DNA of 64,000 nucleotides, taken from positions 512,001 to 576,000 of the forward strand of contig CAWGMQ010000005.1 of the NCBI GenBank assembly GCA_963823665.1. The letters are read 5' to 3'. Position 1 is the stretch's first letter. Each line of letters starts with the position of its first letter. Position numbers and translations under genes: made by a program. Source of the DNA: an uncultured Planctomycetota bacterium. Lineage in GTDB: Bacteria; Planctomycetota; Planctomycetia; Isosphaerales; Isosphaeraceae. The notes below the pieces were generated by a model. That model had not been told where the DNA came from, did no database searches, and worked only from the letters and a program-made list of their open reading frames with translations. Of this stretch, positions 40,231-49,124 are shown in pieces.

Positions 40231-42609
40231 ATGACCCGACCAGATCGGAAGCTTGTGCGCAGGCCCACGACGCCCTTCTTGATCGCGATTGTGACCATCA
40301 CGATCTTCGCCAGCACGACGCGCGGCACAGACCCGCCTCGCAAAAGCACGGACGACGACGATCGCCAGTTCTGGTCCTTCCGCACGCTTCAAAAACCGCC
40401 GCTGCCGAAAATCACCGCCACGCACCGCGCCCGCACACCGATCGACCGCTTCCTTCTCGCGGCACTCGAGGCCAAAGGCCTCTCGTTCTCCCCCGACGCC
40501 CCCCGCCCTACTCTCGCCCGCCGCCTCTGCCTCGATTTGACCGGTATCCCTCCATCGCCTGACCTGGTCGACGCCTTCGAGAACGACAAATCACCAGGCG
40601 CCTACGAACGCCTCGTAGACCATCTGCTCGCCTCCCCGCAGTTCGGCGAGCGCGCCGGCCGCCACTGGCTCGACGTCGCCGGCTACGTCGACACCGTCGG
40701 CTTCGATACCGACGCAACCAACATCATCATGAGCGAAGGCAAGTGGCGCTACCGCGACTACGTCATCGCCGCGTTCAATCACGACAAGCCGTACGACCGC
40801 TTTATTACCGAGCAGCTCGCCGGCGATGAGCTCTTCGACTGGAGAAAAGCCGCGCACTGGACACCTGTTATGCGCGAAGCGCTGATCGCCACGGGTTATC
40901 TCCGCACCGCCCGCGACCTGACTCAGGAAGACGTCGGCGTGATCCCGCAAAACTTCTTCGGCATCCTCCACGACACGCTCGAAATCACCGGCACCGGCCT
41001 CCTCGGCCTGACGATCAACTGCGCCCGCTGCCACGATCACAAGTTCGACCCCATCACCCAGGACGACTATTATCGGATGATGGCCATCTTCGCGCCTGCT
41101 TACAACCCGCGGAAATGGCTTCCCGTCGTCCCCACCGAGACGAACAACAACGACCGCGGCCTTCCCGACGCTTCGCCCCCGGAGCTGGCCGCGATGAAGC
41201 AGGAAAACGCCGCACTTGAGCGAGAGCTCCAATCGCTCCACACTCAACTGAGCGACGTGCGGAAACCGTGCGAAGAGCGACTCTTCGCAGCCAGGCTCGC
41301 CACGTTGCCGCAGCCGATTCGCGACGACACCGCGGCCGCTGTGCGAACCGCGCCCGAGAAGCGCAACGAGGTCCAGAAATACCTGGCCGCGAAGTTCGCC
41401 GCCGCGCTCTCGGCCAAACCTGAGGAGATCACCGCATCCCTCCAGCCGGCTGAAAAAGCGGCTGCGGCCGCGCTGGAGGCCCGCATCCGCGCCACCGAAG
41501 CTCGTCGGCGAAAGTGGAGCAAGATCCAGGCTCTCTACGATGTCGGCCCGCCCCCGCCCACGCACTTGCTCCTGCGCGGCAACGAGCAGACACCCGGCCC
41601 GGAGATGTCCCCGGGATTTCTCAGCGTGCTCTGCGCGTCGGACGATGCGGCAATCGCCACACCGTCACCGCCATTCGAAGGAACCAGCGGCCGCCGCGCC
41701 GCGCTGGCCCGCTGGCTCACGCAGCCCGATTCGCCGTCGTCGGCATTGCTGGCTCGCGTGATGGTCAACCGCATCTGGACGCACCTCTTTGGTGAAGGCA
41801 TCGTTCCCACACAGGACAATTTCGGCATTCAAGGCCAGCCCCCAACGCACCCCGAGCTGCTCGAATGGCTCAGCTCCGAGCTGGTCGCAAATGGCTGGCG
41901 AATGAAACCTCTGATCCGATTGATGACCATCTCGACGGCCTACCGCCAGGCGTCTCGCCGCGGGCCGGAACAGGCGACAGCCGCGTCCGTGCCCGCCGAA
42001 TCGATCGATCCCGCCAACTCGCTGCTCTGGAGAATGCGCCTGCGCCGGATCGAAGCCGAAACGGTCCGCGACGCGATCCTGGCCACCAGCGGCGATCTGG
42101 ACCGGACCTGCGGCGGCCCGCCAGTCTTGATCAAGGCCCGTGCTGACGGAATGGTCACCGTCGCTCCGGGAGACCCGGCCCACCCCGCGCAGGCGTTCCG
42201 CCGCAGCATCTATCTCACCGCGCGCCGCGCTTACAACGTCTCGCTCTTGACCGTCTTCGATCAGCCGCTCGTCGCCACCAACTGCGTCCAGCGCAAGACT
42301 TCGGCACTGGCACTTCAATCCCTCTTCATGATCAATGACGCCTTCCTAGCCGAACAAGCGGATCACTTTGCGAGAAGAGTCGAGGGATCAGCGCGAGCCC
42401 ACGGCGTCGACACCGTCGAGCACGCATTCCGGCTGGCTCTCGCGCGGAAGCCGGCTCCGAGCGAGATTGCCGTCTGCCGCGATCTCTTGCAGAGTCAAGC
42501 CGCGCGGTTTCAATCGCGTGGAGATTCGCCAGCGGATTGCGCTCACCGCGCCCTCACGCAGCTTTGCCTGATTCTTTTCAATACCAGCGAGTTTCTCTTC
42601 GCCGAATGA
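40231..42609 (+). CDS. DUF1549/DUF1553 (PSD1) protein
   Basis: IDRF, LDLTGIPP, CARCHDHKFDP, ARVMVNRIW, PTHPELL, EFLF end. Confidence 0.93.
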   Translation: MTRPDRKLVRRPTTPFLIAIVTITIFASTTRGTDPPRKSTDDDDRQFWSFRTLQKPPLPKITATHRARTPIDRFLLAALEAKGLSFSPDAPRPTLARRLCLDLTGIPPSPDLVDAFENDKSPGAYERLVDHLLASPQFGERAGRHWLDVAGYVDTVGFDTDATNIIMSEGKWRYRDYVIAAFNHDKPYDRFITEQLAGDELFDWRKAAHWTPVMREALIATGYLRTARDLTQEDVGVIPQNFFGILHDTLEITGTGLLGLTINCARCHDHKFDPITQDDYYRMMAIFAPAYNPRKWLPVVPTETNNNDRGLPDASPPELAAMKQENAALERELQSLHTQLSDVRKPCEERLFAARLATLPQPIRDDTAAAVRTAPEKRNEVQKYLAAKFAAALSAKPEEITASLQPAEKAAAAALEARIRATEARRRKWSKIQALYDVGPPPPTHLLLRGNEQTPGPEMSPGFLSVLCASDDAAIATPSPPFEGTSGRRAALARWLTQPDSPSSALLARVMVNRIWTHLFGEGIVPTQDNFGIQGQPPTHPELLEWLSSELVANGWRMKPLIRLMTISTAYRQASRRGPEQATAASVPAESIDPANSLLWRMRLRRIEAETVRDAILATSGDLDRTCGGPPVLIKARADGMVTVAPGDPAHPAQAFRRSIYLTARRAYNVSLLTVFDQPLVATNCVQRKTSALALQSLFMINDAFLAEQADHFARRVEGSARAHGVDTVEHAFRLALARKPAPSEIAVCRDLLQSQAARFQSRGDSPADCAHRALTQLCLILFNTSEFLFAE

Positions 42610-44087
42610 AGCCACACAGATCGGAGCGTCTCATGCATAGATCGAGCCGCCGCGCCTTCCTGGAAGACGCCTCCCTCGGCTTCGGCTCACTCGCTCTGGC
42701 GCACCTCCTCCAGCAGGAAATCGCCGTCGCGCGCAGCCTCGATCCTGACACCGCCCCGCGCATTGATCTCCGCGCTCGCCCCGGCCACTTCCCTGCCCGC
42801 GCCCGCTCGGTGATCCTGCTCATGCAAGTCGGCGGCCCCAGCCAGATCGACCTCTTCGACCCCAAGCCCGAGCTGCAAAAACGCGACGGCCAGATCCAGC
42901 CGGACAACTTCGAGACACTCCAGCCCGGTAGCGAAAACAAGAAGCTCATGGCCAGCCCCTTCGCGTTTCGCCCGCATGGCCAGTGCGGAATGGAGCTCTC
43001 GAGCCTCATCCCTCACATCGGCTCGGTGGCGGATGACCTCTGCCTCGTGCGTTCGATGCACAGCGACAACAACAATCATCCGCAGGCGTCGCGCTGCCTG
43101 CTTTCCGGCAAGATCTTCCCCGGCCGGCCTTCGGTTGGATCATGGATCAGCTACGCCCTGGGCACCGAGAACCAGAATCTGCCGGCATACGTCGTGCTCC
43201 GCGACCCGGATGGTTACACCAACGGTGGCACCACGCTGTGGGAAAGCGGCTGGCTCCCGGCAATCTACCAGGGAACCGAAATCCAATCGCGTGGCGCAGC
43301 CGTGCTCAACCTGCACCCCGCGGCATCTCTGTCGAAGGGTATCGAGCGCAACAATCTCGACGCCCTGGCACGCTTGAACGAGGAACACCGCAAGCTCTAT
43401 CCGCACGAGTCCGAGCTCGAGGCCCGCATCCGCAACTACGAGCTGGCCGCGCGAATGCAATTGAGCGCCGAAGCGGTGCTCGATATCCGCGCCGAGTCAG
43501 CCGCCACGCGCAAACTTTACGGACTGGACGATCCCACGACGGCCAACTTCGGCACGCGCTGCCTGATGGCCCGCCGGCTGGTCGAATCCGGCGTCCGCTT
43601 CGTCCAGGTCCTGGTCCCCGTCAAGTCCGGCGGCATGCCGTGGGACCATCACGAACACATCAAGCCCGGCCTCGAAGCCATCTGCCCGCAGGTTGATTAC
43701 CCAACAGCCGGCTTGATCCGCGACTTGAAGCAGCGCGGCCTGCTCGGAGAAACAATCGTGATCTGGACCGGCGAATTCGGCCGTCTGCCGATCTCCCAGA
43801 AAGGCAACGGCCGCGACCACAACCGCAACGCGTTCAGCCTGCTGATCGCCGGCGGCGGCTTCAAGTCCGGCCACGGCCACGGCCACACCGATGACCTGGG
43901 TTATCAAGCCGTAGACGGCCGCGTTAGCTGCCCCGACCTGCTCGCCACGATCTTGAACCAGCTTGGCCTCGACCACAACCGATTGAAATACGCCCATCAC
44001 GGTCGCGAAGAATCCCTCACCGATTCACCCGTCACGCACGCCCATGTGGTGAACGAGTTGCTCCAATCGCCTGCCGGCGCGGCGTGA
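42606..44087 (+). CDS. DUF1501 protein with Tat signal
   Basis: SRRAFL, GGPSQIDLFDPKP, WDHH, GEFGRLP, GRDH; ATGA overlap. Confidence 0.93.
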   Translation: MKPHRSERLMHRSSRRAFLEDASLGFGSLALAHLLQQEIAVARSLDPDTAPRIDLRARPGHFPARARSVILLMQVGGPSQIDLFDPKPELQKRDGQIQPDNFETLQPGSENKKLMASPFAFRPHGQCGMELSSLIPHIGSVADDLCLVRSMHSDNNNHPQASRCLLSGKIFPGRPSVGSWISYALGTENQNLPAYVVLRDPDGYTNGGTTLWESGWLPAIYQGTEIQSRGAAVLNLHPAASLSKGIERNNLDALARLNEEHRKLYPHESELEARIRNYELAARMQLSAEAVLDIRAESAATRKLYGLDDPTTANFGTRCLMARRLVESGVRFVQVLVPVKSGGMPWDHHEHIKPGLEAICPQVDYPTAGLIRDLKQRGLLGETIVIWTGEFGRLPISQKGNGRDHNRNAFSLLIAGGGFKSGHGHGHTDDLGYQAVDGRVSCPDLLATILNQLGLDHNRLKYAHHGREESLTDSPVTHAHVVNELLQSPAGAA

Positions 44088-44177
44088 TCGCGACCACGGT
44101 TGTGAAGTCATGATTCAAACTTGGGCGCCGGCCGGTGCGATCACCAGTTCCGAGATCACGCCGTCCTGGGCCCGAAT

Positions 44178-44768
44178 TCATGCCGCGAAATCGTTCTCAG
44201 GAAACGGAAGTCCCACGATGGTGAAGCCTGACTTGGCTTTCTTGAGCACAGCCGGATCCAGATGCCGCGTCAGCTCCAAGAGGAAATCGGCGATGCCGCC
44301 AATCCACTTCCCCACGTGAATCTTCTGCCCATGAGTCGACCGTATCGTGAACCACTGCCACATCAAGCTGTACTTGACTTCCTCGACATCTTGCCACGCC
44401 ATGAAAAACCCGGGACGCCAGGGCGAGTGAAAGTCGAGCCCTTCCGGAGAGACCACGATCGAGAATCGCGTGAAATCCCACACCAAGGGGCCTGAAAGCA
44501 GGAAGAACAAGGCGATCATTCCACACAGGGCGTACTCGTCGTTCTGATCCTTGATCGGAATCTTGTAGACCAGAAAACACAGAAACAGCGCGAAAGCGAT
44601 CGCGAGCGAGATCACGGCAAACCGAGCGGCCGCGCTGTACCGAAAAATGAGGCTGCGGCCGTCCGGATCAACTTTCGGCCGCGCGCTCGCCGCTCCCCAT
44701 GCCAGTAAACCAAGGAAGCCCGCCGTGACCAGCGCCTGAGCCACCGTCCAAACCAAACGCGAAGACAT
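44178..44768 (-). CDS. Hypothetical membrane protein (three TM + PH-like domain)
   Basis: Open frame with RBS; paralogous fragment at 52900..53170. Confidence 0.65.
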   Translation of the reverse strand: MSSRLVWTVAQALVTAGFLGLLAWGAASARPKVDPDGRSLIFRYSAAARFAVISLAIAFALFLCFLVYKIPIKDQNDEYALCGMIALFFLLSGPLVWDFTRFSIVVSPEGLDFHSPWRPGFFMAWQDVEEVKYSLMWQWFTIRSTHGQKIHVGKWIGGIADFLLELTRHLDPAVLKKAKSGFTIVGLPFPENDFAA

Positions 44769-44990
44769 GGAGCACCCCCTCGATTCCGGTCACCCTCACG
44801 AACCGAATGCACCAATGGCTTTTCTCACTTCTCCGCGCGGCATGTCGTGCGCGATCCTTCACCGACATTTTTTCGGGATCACGCGCCTCACACAAGACAG
44901 TCCTCCCATCGGGTACAATACGGGCCAGTCCGTGGTCCGACTGGTGGGCATCCACCACGCCAAGATCACTTGCAGCCCGAGGGCGGATCC

Positions 44991-46517
44991 ATGAGCCAGG
45001 AATTGCAGCGAGAGCCCTCGACTGGACCGGGCCACTTTCTCAACGAGCTGCGCGAGACGTTCGCCCGCCGCGCGAATCACGATGCAGTCCTTTATAAAGA
45101 CCTGACCCTGACGTACGAAGCGCTCGACCTTCGGGCGCGGTGCTGCGCCGGTCTCCTGCGGCGCCTGGGCCTCGAGCCCGGCGACCGGGTGGCAATCGCA
45201 ACGGCCGAGAAGTTGTCGTTCCTGGTAGCACACCTGGGAACGCTCTTTGCCGGCGGCGTCGCCTTGCCGCTAAATCCGCGTTACACGGCCGGCGAGCTCC
45301 GGTTCTTTCTGGAAGACAGCGCCGCCCGCGTCGTCGTGGCCGGCGACGAGCAGATCCCGGTGATCGAATCGTTTCGGTCCGACCTGCCTGAGCTGCACGC
45401 TGTGCTGCACGACGCCGAAGCCTGGAATGCGCCACCTGCCAACGAGACCCTGCCCGAGCGGAATCACGACGACCCCTGCCTGATGCTCTACAGCTCCGGC
45501 ACGACCGGCCGGCCCAAGGGCGTCGTGCACTCCCACGCAAACCTCGCCTCGAGCCTCCGCGCCCTGCAACACGCCTGGAGATTCACCCCCGACGATGTGG
45601 TGGTCAACGTGCTCCCCCTGTTCCACATCCACGGCCTATCGTTCGCAACGCACCTGAGCCTCTTGACGGGTTGTCAGATGATTATGGAAGAATCCTTTCA
45701 TCCACGAAGGACCTTGGAGGTTGTGGGCAGGGGAACGGTCTTCATGGCGATCCCCACCTTCTATTACTCTTTCCTCGAGCAGTCCGAGTTCCGTGAATTC
45801 GCGCGGCAGTGGCGCGGCGTGCGGCTCTTCACCTGCGGCTCGGCGCCCATTCGTCCCGAGGTGCTCCCGGAGCTCGAGGCGATTCTGGGAAGGCCGGTCA
45901 TCAATCGTTACGGCATGACCGAGGGCCACGTCATCACGAGCTTGCCGCTGGACGGCCCGTGGCCGCAGGGCTCCGTCGGTAAACCCCTCGATGGAATCGA
46001 GGTCCGGGTTGTCAAGGATGACGGTAGCTCCGTGGGCGCAGGCGAGGTCGGCTCGGTGCAGCTCCGCGGCCCCAACCTGTTCCGCGACTACTGGCGCAGG
46101 CCCGAAGCCACCCGTGACGCTTTTGCATCGGGATGGTTCGACACGGGAGACCTGGGCAGCCGTGACGAAAACGGGTTCTTGACGCTCGTCGGCCGCAAGA
46201 ACGACCTGATCATCTCCAACGGGTTCAACGTTTATCCCCAGGTCGTCGAGCGGGTGATCAACGAATGCCCCGGCGTACGCGAGTCAACCGTCGTCGGTGT
46301 GCCCGATCGCAGGCGCGGTGAACGTGTAGTGGCGATCGTGGTGCGCAACGACGATGCGCTCACCGAGCGAGCAATTCGCAGCTACCTGCGCGAACACCTG
46401 GTGGATTACCAGCGGCCTGCCGACGTGGTGTTCGCGGCGAGCCTGCCCCGCAATGCGATGGGGAAAATGCTCCGTCGCGAGCTGCGAGACCAGTACACGA
46501 GCGAGCACCCGCAATAG
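44991..46517 (+). CDS. Acyl-CoA synthetase, malonyl-CoA synthetase (MatB)-like
   Basis: YSSGTTGRPKG, LPLFHIHGL, RYGMTE, LPRNAMGK; next to MatC-like carrier. Confidence 0.85.
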   Translation: MSQELQREPSTGPGHFLNELRETFARRANHDAVLYKDLTLTYEALDLRARCCAGLLRRLGLEPGDRVAIATAEKLSFLVAHLGTLFAGGVALPLNPRYTAGELRFFLEDSAARVVVAGDEQIPVIESFRSDLPELHAVLHDAEAWNAPPANETLPERNHDDPCLMLYSSGTTGRPKGVVHSHANLASSLRALQHAWRFTPDDVVVNVLPLFHIHGLSFATHLSLLTGCQMIMEESFHPRRTLEVVGRGTVFMAIPTFYYSFLEQSEFREFARQWRGVRLFTCGSAPIRPEVLPELEAILGRPVINRYGMTEGHVITSLPLDGPWPQGSVGKPLDGIEVRVVKDDGSSVGAGEVGSVQLRGPNLFRDYWRRPEATRDAFASGWFDTGDLGSRDENGFLTLVGRKNDLIISNGFNVYPQVVERVINECPGVRESTVVGVPDRRRGERVVAIVVRNDDALTERAIRSYLREHLVDYQRPADVVFAASLPRNAMGKMLRRELRDQYTSEHPQ

Positions 46518-46564
46518 TCCTCGGCCCGCTCGTCTTTAATCGCCGGAAGAGTACCACTACACCG

Positions 46565-47836
46565 ATGATCGACCTCGCCTGGATTTCCGTGGCGGCTCTG
46601 ATACTCGTGATCGTGCTGAGCTGCACGACTTCGGTCAATCCCGGGTTCGTCGCGCTGGCGCTGGCCTGGTGCATCGGAATCTATGTGGCGCCCGTCTGGG
46701 GCCAGCGCTTCACGGCGAGCGAGATCCTCGGCGGTTTTCCCACGGATCTGTTTCTGACCCTGGTGGGAGTGACGCACCTCTTCACCCTTGCGCGCGGCAA
46801 CGGCACGCTGGACCACGTGGTTCGCCTGGCGCTAAGAGCAACCAGGGGAAATCCCGGCTTGATTCCCATTGTCTTCTTCGGCTTGTCCCTGGGCGTCGCG
46901 ACGATCGGCGCGGGAAACATCGCGGCCGCCGCCCTGGTCGCGCCCCTGGCGATGGCCGTCGCGGAAACGGCCGGCATCTCCCCGTTCCTCATGACGCTCG
47001 TGGTCGCGCACGGCTGCGTGGCCGGTGCCCTCTCACCGATCGCACCGACCGGGATCATCGCCAGTCGGTTGATGGCCCGAATGGGCATGTCCGGCTTCGA
47101 GCGTCAGATCTTCCTGTCGAATCTGCTGGCCAATGCGCTCGCCGCGGGAGTCGCTTATCTCGCCTTCGGCGGCCCGCGGCTGTTCCGCGCCGGTCGACGC
47201 CAGCCGGCCGACTCCGCTGCGCTCTCGGCAAGTCCCAAGATGACAGCCGCGCACTGGTTCACCCTGGCGACGATCCTGGTCCTGGTCATCGCGGTCGTCG
47301 GTTTCCAGGCTCACGTGGGGATGGGAGCATTTGCCGCAGCGGTGGTGCTCACTCTGGCAAAGGTCGCCGACGAAAAACCGGCGGTGCAGGCCATGCCCTG
47401 GAGCGTGATTGTGATGGTCTCGGGCGTCACCGTGCTGACGTCGCTCCTGCAAAACACGGGTGGCATTGACCTTTTCACGTCGCTCTTGGCGCGCCTGGCC
47501 ACCCACCGCACAGTCTACGGAATGATCGCGCTTGTCACCGGGCTCGTTTCGGTCTACAGCAGCACGTCGGGCGTGGTGTTGCCGGCGTTTCTGCCCAGCG
47601 TTCCCGGGCTGGTCGCCAGGCTGGGCGGCGGCGACCCGCTGGCGATCGCGGTATCGATCTTGATCGGCGGCCACCTGGTCGACGTCTCGCCGCTTTCCAC
47701 GATCGGAGCTCTCTGCATCGCCGCGGCGCCGCCGGGTGCCGACCGCCGGCTCCTCTTCAACCGCGTGCTCGCCTGGGGCCTCGCGATGTCGGTGGCGGGG
47801 GCTCTGGGGTGCCATCTGGCCTTCGGAACGTGGTAA
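46565..47836 (+). CDS. SLC13/MatC-like dicarboxylate carrier
   Basis: FPTDLFLTLVGVT.LF..A..NGT, SPIAPTG, DVSPLSTIGA. Confidence 0.8.
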   Translation: MIDLAWISVAALILVIVLSCTTSVNPGFVALALAWCIGIYVAPVWGQRFTASEILGGFPTDLFLTLVGVTHLFTLARGNGTLDHVVRLALRATRGNPGLIPIVFFGLSLGVATIGAGNIAAAALVAPLAMAVAETAGISPFLMTLVVAHGCVAGALSPIAPTGIIASRLMARMGMSGFERQIFLSNLLANALAAGVAYLAFGGPRLFRAGRRQPADSAALSASPKMTAAHWFTLATILVLVIAVVGFQAHVGMGAFAAAVVLTLAKVADEKPAVQAMPWSVIVMVSGVTVLTSLLQNTGGIDLFTSLLARLATHRTVYGMIALVTGLVSVYSSTSGVVLPAFLPSVPGLVARLGGGDPLAIAVSILIGGHLVDVSPLSTIGALCIAAAPPGADRRLLFNRVLAWGLAMSVAGALGCHLAFGTW

Positions 47837-47885
47837 AGTGGTGGAGCCCCTGATCCCTCCAAGAGCCCGCCCGTACGGTACGAAG

Positions 47886-49124
47886 ATGAATCCTCTTGCC
47901 ACTGCCGCCCGCGTCTCTCGTTTGCGGCCAACGGCCGTCAACCGGGTCTTGCAGGAGGTGCGCGAGCTACAGGCCAACGGGCGCTCGCTCGTCTCGCTCA
48001 TGCGCGGGCAGCCGGACACTCCGACTGCGCCCCACATCGTGGAAGCGGCCACCCGTTCGCTCCGCTCCGGACGCACCGGCTATCCCAACAACCAGGGCGA
48101 GCCCGCGCTGCGGGAAGCGGTCGCTCAAGCTCTCCGCCGCGAACAAGGCCTCGAATACAACCCCGAGACCGAGATCCTCATCACCGACGGAGCGACGCTT
48201 GGCGTCCATGCGGCCTTGGGCGCGCTCCTGGAGGCGGAAGGAACGGTGCTGCTGCCCGATCCGATCTACGATGCCTACGAAGCCGTGATCCGCCTCTGGG
48301 GCGGTCGTCCTGAGCCCATCCCTACTCGGCTCCGCGACGGCCGGTTCACGATCGACCGAGGCAGCCTCGAAGATGCCCGAGGCGCAGGCAAACCCGTCGT
48401 CCTGCTCAACACGCCGTGGAACCCTGTGGGCACGGTCCTGACACACAGCGAGCTCACGGAGCTCATGAGCTTCGCCGCGGAAGCCGATGCTCCGGTGTTG
48501 AGCGACGAGATTTACCACGCGCTCGTCTATGACGAGCACCGGCACATTTCGCCAGCGGCGGTTTCACCGGATGGGCGAGAGCGCACCATCGTGATCAACA
48601 GCCTCTCGAAGACCTACGCAATGACCGGCTGGCGCGTCGGCTATTGTGCCGCACCGCAGACAATCATCGGCGCGATGCTCCTGGTCCTGCAGCAGTCGAG
48701 CCGGGGACCGGCCACATTCGTGCAGGACGCAGCCGCCTGCGCCTTGGCGTCCGATCAGGCCTGCGTGCGCCGGATGACCACCGAGTATCAGGCGCGGCGA
48801 GACCTGGTGCTCGAGCGCCTGCGCGGCATTCCCGGGGTTCTTCCGCTCATCCCGGAGGGAGGTTTGTTCGTGATGGTCGACGTCCGCGGGTTGAACCGCT
48901 CGTCGGATGAGATCCGCCGCTTCTTGCTTCTCGAGTCGGGCGTCGTCGTTCTGCACGGCGCTGCCTACGGACCGGGCGGTGAGGGGACATTGCGCGTATC
49001 GTTTGCTGCCGGCGGCGAGGTCCTGGAGCTTGGGCTCGAGCGGCTGCGCTCGGGCCTCGAACGCCTGGCTGCAGACCGACCAGGTCGAAGTGTAGTCGCC
49101 GGCGAATCTGCGGAATCAAGATGA
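47886..49124 (+). CDS. PLP-dependent class I/II aminotransferase
   Basis: NTPWNPVG, SDEIY, SLSKTYAMTGWRVG. Confidence 0.92.
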   Translation: MNPLATAARVSRLRPTAVNRVLQEVRELQANGRSLVSLMRGQPDTPTAPHIVEAATRSLRSGRTGYPNNQGEPALREAVAQALRREQGLEYNPETEILITDGATLGVHAALGALLEAEGTVLLPDPIYDAYEAVIRLWGGRPEPIPTRLRDGRFTIDRGSLEDARGAGKPVVLLNTPWNPVGTVLTHSELTELMSFAAEADAPVLSDEIYHALVYDEHRHISPAAVSPDGRERTIVINSLSKTYAMTGWRVGYCAAPQTIIGAMLLVLQQSSRGPATFVQDAAACALASDQACVRRMTTEYQARRDLVLERLRGIPGVLPLIPEGGLFVMVDVRGLNRSSDEIRRFLLLESGVVVLHGAAYGPGGEGTLRVSFAAGGEVLELGLERLRSGLERLAADRPGRSVVAGESAESR